Source: Spirochaetia bacterium (GTDB lineage: Bacteria; Spirochaetota; Spirochaetia; CADAEX01). Taken from it: a stretch of 15,440 nucleotides of DNA. Shown here piece after piece: positions 1 to 6,942 of this stretch. Positions within the stretch are counted from its first letter, which is position 1, and the number at the start of each line of letters is the position of its first letter. The DNA lies in contig JAZURI010000008.1 in NCBI GenBank assembly GCA_045606105.1, forward strand, positions 1 to 15,440, in the 5' to 3' direction. The position numbers were made by a program, and so were the translations under genes. The notes under the pieces were generated by a model. The model saw nothing but the letters and a program-made list of their open reading frames with translations, did not search any database and was not told the DNA's origin.

Positions 1-6
1 AGGAGA
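1..6 (+). promoter_or_regulatory. Shine-Dalgarno sequence of the BMC-H gene
   Basis: AGGAGA at 1-6, 5 nt before ATG at 12. Confidence 0.8.
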
Positions 7-11
7 AAGAT

Positions 12-296
12 ATGGCTAACTTACAGGCACTGGGAATGGTGGAAACAAAAGGACTGGTAGGATCAATCGAGGCAGCCGATGCAATGGTAAAGGCAGCAAA
101 CGTAAGACTTATCGGTAAGGTACATGTAGGCGGCGGACTGGTGACAGTAATGGTACGTGGCGATGTAGGAGCTGTAAAGTCAGCAACAGATGCAGGAGCA
201 GCCGCAGCATCCAGAGTAGGAGAGCTGGTAAGCGTACATGTTATTCCAAGACCTCATGACGAGGTGGAATTCATTCTCCCTAAGCTGGAAATGTAA
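12..296 (+). CDS. eutM: BMC hexameric shell protein (BMC-H, EutM/PduA/PduJ family)
   Basis: 94 aa single BMC domain: [26 protein letters not shown], pore loop [20 protein letters not shown]. Confidence 0.95.
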   Translation: MANLQALGMVETKGLVGSIEAADAMVKAANVRLIGKVHVGGGLVTVMVRGDVGAVKSATDAGAAAASRVGELVSVHVIPRPHDEVEFILPKLEM

Positions 297-310
297 TCGG
301 AACATAAAGA

Positions 311-1000
311 ATGAAAGTATTGACCGATACGGAGCTGAGATCCCGTCTGATCGGTGCCGGAGGTGAAGTTGCGGTGGAAGAAGGAACCGTGATAACACCT
401 GCAGCCGCCGACTATATCAGGGAAAAGGGACTCAGGCTGATTACAGGGCAGAAGCCCTCTTCCGTAACCATGACTGTAAACAAAACGGAAACCACGGGGG
501 AAAAGCCGGAGGATATGACTCATCTGGACAGCCGTACCCTTGTTTCCAAGAAGCATCCCGGAATTGCATTCAGGGGAAAGCTGGATACTTTCATGGCGGA
601 GACCCTGGCGGTACAGGTTACAGGTACCAGGGAGGGGTATTCCGGTGTTTCGGAGGATCTGGGGGAAATTCTCTCCCTTTGCCGCAGGATTATGGCGGCG
701 GAGGTCAGGGGAACAGACCTTGGTGAACTGAAGCTTCTGGGAATGGACAGCGGAAAGCTCCGTTATGTTACCCATCATCTGAAGCAGGAAATGGGAATAG
801 ATCATCCCGTTCCGTCTGCAGATCAGGGGATGATGTGCGTATGGCTCAACCGGCTCAGGACCTATGCCAGGGAACTGGAGCTGAGTGCGGTGAACGCAGA
901 CTGCCGGAAGGATACCATAGAGGCTCTTAACCGGCTTTCAAGCTGTATCTACATAATCTTCTGCAGGGTGATGACAGGATATTATCGGGTGGAAAAATGA
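311..1000 (+). CDS. eutT: EutT-type ATP:cob(I)alamin adenosyltransferase
   Basis: EutT hallmarks: N-terminal VITPAAADY domain, KPEDMTHL, VSKKHPGIAFRGKLDT, LNRLRTYARELEL, ALNRLSS; BMC operon context. Confidence 0.88.
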   Translation: MKVLTDTELRSRLIGAGGEVAVEEGTVITPAAADYIREKGLRLITGQKPSSVTMTVNKTETTGEKPEDMTHLDSRTLVSKKHPGIAFRGKLDTFMAETLAVQVTGTREGYSGVSEDLGEILSLCRRIMAAEVRGTDLGELKLLGMDSGKLRYVTHHLKQEMGIDHPVPSADQGMMCVWLNRLRTYARELELSAVNADCRKDTIEALNRLSSCIYIIFCRVMTGYYRVEK

Positions 1001-1662
1001 ACTATTACAGCGAAAAGGACATAAGGGACATAGTTGCCGGAGTACTGGAAAGCAGTAAAGGCAGCTGCCGGGAAACAGCCGGTGCCGATATACCTGTGGA
1101 GGTTTCGGCAAGGCATGTGCATCTTACAGCCGAGGCCATGGATATCCTCTTCGGGGAAGGGGCCAGGCTCACACCGAAAAGAATGCTCAGTCAGCCCGGA
1201 GAATTTCTTTCGGAGCAGAGGGTTATCCTTGCTTCCGGCGGAAAGGTAATGGACAATGTGGCGGTTCTGGGACCTGAAAGGGGAAGAAACCAGGTGGAAC
1301 TGTCGTTGACCGATGCCAGGGCTTTAGGGGTAAAACCTCCTCTCAGGCTTTCGGGAGATCTGGACGGCAGCGGTGATATCCTTATCATCGGGCCGAAAGG
1401 GAGCATCTATGCCGGCGAATGCACCATAATAGCCAGAGCCCACATACACATGACCCACGAGGATGCCCGGAAATACAGGGTAAGCGACGGTCAGAGGCTC
1501 AGTGTCCGTATTGTTTCGGAACGTCCGGTAACGCTGGAAAATGTAATTGCAAGGGTAAAGGACAAGACAAAAAGCCAACTTGCCATGCATGTGGATTTTG
1601 ATGAGGCTAACGCTGCCTGCGTAGGGAAAGAAACAAAGGCAGTTATTATTGAACGGTGGTAA
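997..1662 (+). CDS. pduL: PduL phosphate propanoyltransferase (phosphotransacylase) with N-terminal encapsulation peptide
   Basis: IPVEVSARHVHL, LSQPGEF, VLGPER..QVELSLTDA, HIHM, MHVDFDEANA motifs; ATGA overlap with eutT stop. Confidence 0.93.
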   Translation: MNYYSEKDIRDIVAGVLESSKGSCRETAGADIPVEVSARHVHLTAEAMDILFGEGARLTPKRMLSQPGEFLSEQRVILASGGKVMDNVAVLGPERGRNQVELSLTDARALGVKPPLRLSGDLDGSGDILIIGPKGSIYAGECTIIARAHIHMTHEDARKYRVSDGQRLSVRIVSERPVTLENVIARVKDKTKSQLAMHVDFDEANAACVGKETKAVIIERW

Positions 1663-1664
1663 AA

Positions 1665-2357
1665 ATGGCAGAAATGAGTATTGATGATATAGTTGCTGTT
1701 GTAACCAGGAAGGTTATGGAAGCACTGGACGGAAAGCAGTGTACACAGACAGCAGGAGAGGATAATTCAAAGCAGAAGAAAATCCTTCTTATAGGAGATC
1801 CGGTCTCATTGCCCGAGGGTTTTACGGACAATGCCGCAGTTTTTGATATCAAGGACTTCGAGACAGAAAGAAACGTGCTTAAATATAACGAGGTTGTGAT
1901 AACCAGGCTATCTCTCCTCCAGCTTGCAGATGCGGCAATGGGCAGACCTACGGATTCTGTCTGCTGTGCTGTGATTTATGCCCTGCTGAACGGCGTAGGT
2001 GTCACCATTACAGGAAAGGCTTTTTCCCATCGTAAATATTCAGGCAAAGGAAGCAGCTTCTTCTATAACATTTACGAGGAATATGTGAAAAAGCTGCAGA
2101 TAGGCGGTGTCAGGATCATTGACTGCTGTACTCAGCTGAAGGTACGGGAATCCCTGCCTGAAAAGAAGGTATCGGAACCGGCAGGACGTGCGGTACCGGT
2201 GCTTCCGCCCATGGACAGCAGACTGGTTACGGAAGCCGAGGCCCTGAAGATAGCAGCCGGTGCAAAGGATGAGGTATGCTTCCCTTCCGATGCCATACTG
2301 ACTCCTCTTGCCAGGGATGTCTTTACAAGGGCAAAACTCAGGATCGTATTCAGATAA
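1665..2357 (+). CDS. BMC-associated hypothetical protein (ethanolamine-utilization hypothetical / PduM-like)
   Basis: Lies between pduL and eutN as in Firmicute eut loci; N-terminal amphipathic helix, LSLLQLADAAMG..ALLNG core, C-terminal LVTE..ILTPLARD domain. The ORF track start is GTG 1656; ATG 1665 is preferred because GGTGG (1655-1659) lies 5 nt upstream. Confidence 0.75.
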   Translation: MAEMSIDDIVAVVTRKVMEALDGKQCTQTAGEDNSKQKKILLIGDPVSLPEGFTDNAAVFDIKDFETERNVLKYNEVVITRLSLLQLADAAMGRPTDSVCCAVIYALLNGVGVTITGKAFSHRKYSGKGSSFFYNIYEEYVKKLQIGGVRIIDCCTQLKVRESLPEKKVSEPAGRAVPVLPPMDSRLVTEAEALKIAAGAKDEVCFPSDAILTPLARDVFTRAKLRIVFR

Positions 2358-2369
2358 GGATGTGAAATT

Positions 2370-2633
2370 ATGATTATCTGCAAGGTTGTAGGCCATGTCT
2401 GGGCTACAAAGAAAGAGGAAAGACTGGAGGGGCTGAAGCTCATGGTTGTCAGGGAAGAGACCCCTTCAAAAAGCAGTAAAGAGGTATTTGTTGCGGCAGA
2501 TACAGTCTGTGCCGGAATCGGAGACCGGGTTATAGTGGTGTCGGGAAGTACCGCCCGCAAGGTTTTCGGACGGGACGACATGCCGGTGGATATGGCTATC
2601 GTGGCCATTATAGACAACCTGGAAATTGTTTAG
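2370..2633 (+). CDS. eutN: BMC vertex pentamer (BMC-P, EutN/CcmL family)
   Basis: 87 aa; KVVGHVWATKK..LEGLKLMVV, VAADTVCAGIGDRV, GSTAR, PVDMAIVAIID. Confidence 0.95.
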   Translation: MIICKVVGHVWATKKEERLEGLKLMVVREETPSKSSKEVFVAADTVCAGIGDRVIVVSGSTARKVFGRDDMPVDMAIVAIIDNLEIV

Positions 2634-2640
2634 GTAAGAA

Positions 2641-3993
2641 ATGGGCTTGAAGGAAAAGATTGCAGCGGCAGGAGTGGTGGGCTGCGGAGGTGCAGGCTTC
2701 CCCACTGCTCTCAAGCTGGACGGAAAATTTGAATATCTCATAATAAACGGAGTGGAGTGCGAGCCTCTGCTCAGGACAGACCGATGGCTTATGTGCAACC
2801 GGGCGGAAGATATTGTGGAGGCAGTTTCCGAGGTAAAGTGGGAGCTTGATATTCCCAATGCCGTAATTGCCCTCAAGCATGACTATACGGAAGAAATCGA
2901 TTCCCTGAAAAGGGCCATTGCCTCCGCAGGGGCTCAGATCGGGATTCATGAAATGGAAAGCTACTATCCTGCCGGCGATGAGCAGATGATAGTGTACGAG
3001 GTAACGGGAAGGATTATCCCATCCGGCGGTATTCCCGGAAAGGTGGGGGCTGTGGTGGACAACGTGGGAACCATGGTTGCCGTTTACGATGCCCTGAGAG
3101 GAATTCCCTTTACCCATAAATATCTGACTGTAGCCGGGGATGTAAATAATCCGACGGTTCTCAGGGTTCCCGTAGGTACAAGCTTCCGGGAATGCATAGA
3201 GCAGGCCGGAGGTGCGGTGAACAGCCGGTACGCGGTGGTATCCGGAGGACCTATGATGGGGCGCCGGATTTCCTTTGAGAACCTGGAGAGGGAGACGGTA
3301 ACCAAGACCACCTCCGGAATCCTGGTGCTGCCTGAGGATGGCTGGCACGGAAACCATACGGAGGTCAATATACGGAAGATGCTGAACCGTGCCGCTTCGG
3401 CCTGTATCCAGTGTTCCTTCTGTACACAGCTCTGTCCGAGGGCGCTGGTGGGTCATCCTCTGGCACCTCACAGGATAATGAGAAAAATGGCGGTAAGTGC
3501 CGATATATCCTCCTGTCTGGATGACAGGGACATAAGGAATGCGGCCCTCTGCTGCGAATGCGGAATATGCGAGGTCTATGCCTGTCCTATGGGACTCCAG
3601 CCCCGGGAAATCAATTCCCTGATAAAGAAGGAGCTGGCTGTTAACGGAATCCGCTATACACCGGAACCGGACCGTGAGCTGAAGGCAGACCCTGACAGGG
3701 AACTGCGGAAGGCGCCGTCTAGGAAGGTGGCTGCCAGACTGGGGTTGTCGGAATACTACGACCGCAAAATAAAGAATATTATCGAATATGAGGGAGATGT
3801 TCTCCGGATCCCTCTTAAAATGAATATAGGAGCCCCCTCCGTCCCTGCAGTCAGGGAAGGTGACAGGGTAAAGGCCGGAGAGCTTGTGGCATCGGCGGCG
3901 GAGAAGGGACCGGGGGCGGCAGTCCATGCCGGAATCTCAGGTACGGTTTCCCTTGCCGGTAATATGATAACAATAACCAAGGAACGGAATTGA
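2641..3993 (+). CDS. pduS: PduS-like flavin/Fe-S oxidoreductase (RnfC-related cobalamin reductase)
   Basis: AGVVGCGGAGFPT and NGVECEPLL flavin-binding motifs, SLBB region, GGPMMG, two 4Fe-4S motifs CIQCSFCTQLCP and CCECGICEVYACP, C-terminal IGAPSVP..VHAGISG domain; directly followed by pduT. Confidence 0.9.
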   Translation: MGLKEKIAAAGVVGCGGAGFPTALKLDGKFEYLIINGVECEPLLRTDRWLMCNRAEDIVEAVSEVKWELDIPNAVIALKHDYTEEIDSLKRAIASAGAQIGIHEMESYYPAGDEQMIVYEVTGRIIPSGGIPGKVGAVVDNVGTMVAVYDALRGIPFTHKYLTVAGDVNNPTVLRVPVGTSFRECIEQAGGAVNSRYAVVSGGPMMGRRISFENLERETVTKTTSGILVLPEDGWHGNHTEVNIRKMLNRAASACIQCSFCTQLCPRALVGHPLAPHRIMRKMAVSADISSCLDDRDIRNAALCCECGICEVYACPMGLQPREINSLIKKELAVNGIRYTPEPDRELKADPDRELRKAPSRKVAARLGLSEYYDRKIKNIIEYEGDVLRIPLKMNIGAPSVPAVREGDRVKAGELVASAAEKGPGAAVHAGISGTVSLAGNMITITKERN

Positions 3994-3994
3994 T

Positions 3995-4543
3995 ATGGAA
4001 AATGCAGTTGGTTTTATTGAGCTTAACAGCATAGCCAAGGGTATTGAGGCTTCGGATATCCTGCTGAAGACCGCAGATGTCCGCCTTGTTTTTTCAAAGG
4101 CCGGATGTCCCGGAAAATATTATATCCTCATAGCCGGTGAGGTGGCTGCAGTCAGGTCATCGGTGGAGGCAGGATGCGCTCTGGGAAAGGAGCATGTTGT
4201 AGACAGCTGTATCATTCCCAACATAGACAGACGGGTGATAAAGGCCATAAATCTGGCAACATGCCCCGAAACCACCGGGGCGGTGGGTGTCATGGAGTTC
4301 TATTCCGTGACAGCGGCGGTATACGGTGCCGATGCGGCGGTGAAGGGGGCTGATGTGGAGCTCCTGGATGTACGGCTGGGAACCGGAATCGGGGGAAAGT
4401 CCTTCGTGGTGCTGACCGGAGATGTGGCAGCTGTAAGGGCCTCCGTGGAATGCGGCATAAATACCCCTCCTGCAGAGGGGATGACCATAGCCCATGTAGT
4501 TATACCTAATCCCCATCCGGACCTTATACAGGGCCTTTACTGA
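3995..4543 (+). CDS. pduT: PduT-like tandem-domain BMC shell protein (BMC-T) with Fe-S ligand Cys38
   Basis: 182 aa, two BMC domains; C38-P-G-K-Y motif; GIGGK..LTGDVAAV. Confidence 0.92.
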   Translation: MENAVGFIELNSIAKGIEASDILLKTADVRLVFSKAGCPGKYYILIAGEVAAVRSSVEAGCALGKEHVVDSCIIPNIDRRVIKAINLATCPETTGAVGVMEFYSVTAAVYGADAAVKGADVELLDVRLGTGIGGKSFVVLTGDVAAVRASVECGINTPPAEGMTIAHVVIPNPHPDLIQGLY

Positions 4544-4551
4544 GGTGTAGA

Positions 4552-4902
4552 ATGGATTTTGAAAAAAAACAGAGGATAATTCAGGAATTTGTTCCCGGAA
4601 AACAGATTACCCTTGCCCATATAATCGCAAATCCGGATCCCGCCCTTTACAAGAAGATGGGAGTTATCGGTGAGCACAGCGGGGCTCTGGGAATAATGAC
4701 AATAACACCCAGCGAGGGAGCCATCATCGGAGCTGATGTGGCATCCAAGCACGGAAGCATAGAGGTGGTATTTGTGGACCGTTTCAACGGCTCCCTTATC
4801 ATAAACGGCGAGGTGGCAGATGTGGAAAGCGCGGTGAAGGCTGTAATCCATGTCCTTTCCGAGCAGATGCATTTTGCCGGGGTAAACATTACACGGACAT
4901 GA
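4552..4902 (+). CDS. eutS: Circularly permuted BMC shell protein EutS/PduU
   Basis: RIIQEFVPGKQITLAHIIANP, ALGIMTITPSEGAII, DRFNGSL, C-terminal ITRT. Confidence 0.93.
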   Translation: MDFEKKQRIIQEFVPGKQITLAHIIANPDPALYKKMGVIGEHSGALGIMTITPSEGAIIGADVASKHGSIEVVFVDRFNGSLIINGEVADVESAVKAVIHVLSEQMHFAGVNITRT

Positions 4903-5324
4903 AAAGAATACTGATGGTCGGCTCCGTGGCCTGCGGAAAGACCACCCTGTGCCAGAGGATAAACGGCCTGGACAGGGTCTACCGTAAAACCCAGAGCCTG
5001 GAAGTCATCAACACCACGGTGGATACCCCGGGGGAATACCTGGAGCGCCGTTCCATGATGCGGAACCTCATGACAGTGGCGGTGGATGTGGACTGTGTCC
5101 TTTTCCTCATGGACCCCACCCAGGAACGGTTCATGTTTTCTCCCGGTCATGCCTTCTCCTTTCCGGTGCCGGTGGCAGGGGTTGTCACCAAGAGGGATCT
5201 GGTGTCGGAAAAGGAAGCAGCGGCGGCGGAAGAGCTCCTGAGGCTGGCCGGGGCCGACCCTGTTTTCCGTGTCAGTGCCGAAACCGGAGAAGGAATCGAT
5301 CAGCTGATGGATTTTTTAAGATAA
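4899..5324 (+). CDS. eutP: EutP/PduV family small P-loop NTPase
   Basis: GSVACGKTT Walker A, YRKTQ, DTPGEYLE, TKRD, VSA; ATGA overlap with eutS. Confidence 0.93.
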   Translation: MKRILMVGSVACGKTTLCQRINGLDRVYRKTQSLEVINTTVDTPGEYLERRSMMRNLMTVAVDVDCVLFLMDPTQERFMFSPGHAFSFPVPVAGVVTKRDLVSEKEAAAAEELLRLAGADPVFRVSAETGEGIDQLMDFLR

Positions 5325-5342
5325 AGGTGGTAAGATAACAGT

Positions 5343-6245
5343 ATGAACCTCTATCATCTCAAGACCTTTTATTATATTGCCAAGTACAGAAGCTTCACCA
5401 GGGCGGCGGAGGAGCTGTGCGTTACCCAGCCTGCCGTAACCAGGCAGATACAGGAGCTGCAGAACACCCATAACCTTTCCCTTTTCAACAAGATAGGGAA
5501 GAAGATTGTCCTTACCGATGCGGGAGAGGCCCTTTATGTCCTGGCAGAGAAGATATTCGACCTTGAGGTACAGGTGGAGGAGAGCATAAAGGATTTCAGG
5601 AACCAGGACCGGGGAAGGATCAACATCACCTCCTGCGAGACCATGGCAGCCTATTATCTTCCGTATGTACTGGATATGTTCTACCGTAAGTTTCCCGAAA
5701 TATTCGTTTCCGTCATCACCAAGATTGACTCCGAGGTCATGGACAGCGTAGTCAGGATGGAAAGCGAGATAGGCTTCATTTCCAGGGAGCTGACTCACCC
5801 GAAGCTGATCACCAGGAAATTCCTCAAGGAGGAGCTGATTTTCGTGGCGGCACCGGAAAACATCATGGCAAAGAAGGGGACACTGGATGTCTGGGAGCTG
5901 AACCATGTGCCTGTTATCTGGCATGAACCGGGCTGCGGAACCAGGAAGATATTCAACGATTTCCTTACAAAATACCATCTTCACACCAAGGATGTGTGCG
6001 AGTGCACCAACAACTCAGCCATCGTAAACCTGGTCAAGCTGAACCTGGGAATAACCCTTATTTCCAAGAATGTTGTCCACGAGGAGCTCAGGAAAGGGGA
6101 GCTTGCCGAGGTTAAGATCAAGGGGGAGGAGTTTACCCGCCAGTACTACATGACCTACTATAACGAAAAATACTTCACTAAAAATCTTGCCGATTTCGTA
6201 TCCACCGCCCAGAGCATGGCCATCGAATATATGCAAAATATATAA
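5343..6245 (+). CDS. LysR-type transcriptional regulator (CysL/CbbR-like substrate-binding domain)
   Basis: 300 aa; N-terminal HTH SFTRAAEELCVTQPAVTRQIQEL, LTDAGEAL, HEPGCGTR, GITLIS. Confidence 0.93.
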   Translation: MNLYHLKTFYYIAKYRSFTRAAEELCVTQPAVTRQIQELQNTHNLSLFNKIGKKIVLTDAGEALYVLAEKIFDLEVQVEESIKDFRNQDRGRINITSCETMAAYYLPYVLDMFYRKFPEIFVSVITKIDSEVMDSVVRMESEIGFISRELTHPKLITRKFLKEELIFVAAPENIMAKKGTLDVWELNHVPVIWHEPGCGTRKIFNDFLTKYHLHTKDVCECTNNSAIVNLVKLNLGITLISKNVVHEELRKGELAEVKIKGEEFTRQYYMTYYNEKYFTKNLADFVSTAQSMAIEYMQNI

Positions 6246-6254
6246 TTAATTATA

Positions 6255-6283
6255 TTGATTATTTTTCTCATAAAGTATAAGCT
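6255..6283 (+). promoter_or_regulatory. Putative sigma70 promoter of the V-ATPase operon
   Basis: TTGATT (6255-6260), 17-nt spacer, TAAGCT (6278-6283) in an AT-rich 73-nt intergenic gap; SD GAGAGG before ATG 6319. Confidence 0.55.
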
Positions 6284-6318
6284 TTTCCCAAATAATTACG
6301 CTGCGAGAGGATCTAATT

Positions 6319-6939
6319 ATGGAAGTTCAAGTAAAGGAATTGATTGATAAAATCAAGACAGACGGTATTAAAAGTGCCGAAGACAAAGCTGCGCAGATTG
6401 TAAAGGATGCGCAGGCAAAAGCGGAATCAATTGTAGCCGACGCTAAGAAAGAAGCTTCAGTTATCGTAGCCGATGCAGAAGAAAAAGCTGCAAAAAGCAA
6501 GGTTTCCGGAGAAGAAGCTATCAAGCAGGCCGGCAGAGACCTTGTTCTCAACATCCGCGAAAAAATTACAGACCTTTTTGATGTTATTCTTAAAGAAGAA
6601 ATCAAGGGTGCAATGGATGAAAAGCTTATGGGCGATGTAATCGTTAAGCTGATTTCATCATGGAAAGGTGAGGATAGCACCGGACTGGAAGTTCTTCTTT
6701 CAGAAAAGGATATCAAAGCTACAGAAAATTACCTTAAGGGCAAGCTTGCTGACAAAGTAAAGGGCGGACTCGATTTCAAGGTTTCAAAGACAATCGATGC
6801 CGGATTCCACGTATCAGCCAAAGACGGTTCTGCTTATCACAATTTTTCTGCGGAAGGAATAGCAGAAGTATTCACAGATTATTTGAACCCAAGACTTGCT
6901 AAGCTGTTGTCTGAGGGAATTAAGAAAGCGGAGGCATAA
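6319..6939 (+). CDS. atpE: V/A-type ATP synthase subunit E (NtpE-like)
   Basis: ELIDKIKTDGI N-terminus, 11-residue coiled-coil repeats, QAGRDLVL, AGFHV..DGSAYHNFS, YLNPRL; first gene of the operon. Confidence 0.9.
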   Translation: MEVQVKELIDKIKTDGIKSAEDKAAQIVKDAQAKAESIVADAKKEASVIVADAEEKAAKSKVSGEEAIKQAGRDLVLNIREKITDLFDVILKEEIKGAMDEKLMGDVIVKLISSWKGEDSTGLEVLLSEKDIKATENYLKGKLADKVKGGLDFKVSKTIDAGFHVSAKDGSAYHNFSAEGIAEVFTDYLNPRLAKLLSEGIKKAEA

Positions 6940-6942
6940 GCC

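Noticed and set aside
254-805. 183-aa antisense ORF over eutT, plus the other short minus-strand and off-frame ORFs in the track
   Set aside because: All overlap well-supported + strand genes and have no family signatures.
1656-1664. GTG start at 1656 for the hypothetical protein
   Set aside because: No SD lies upstream of it, while GGTGG is well placed for ATG 1665.
2608-3927. 439-aa antisense ORF opposite pduS
   Set aside because: It is codon-aligned with pduS, so it stays open simply because pduS avoids TTA/CTA/TCA codons. It has no recognisable motifs, and the sense gene is clearly real.
2641-3993. Interpretation as RnfC of a membrane Rnf complex feeding the Na+ ATPase
   Set aside because: The barrel-sandwich domain is C-terminal as in PduS, the gene is coupled to pduT, and no rnfDGEAB genes are present.
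5316-5984. 222-aa antisense ORF opposite lysR, a possible divergent or overlapping gene
   Set aside because: Also codon-aligned with lysR, with no motif; a shadow ORF.
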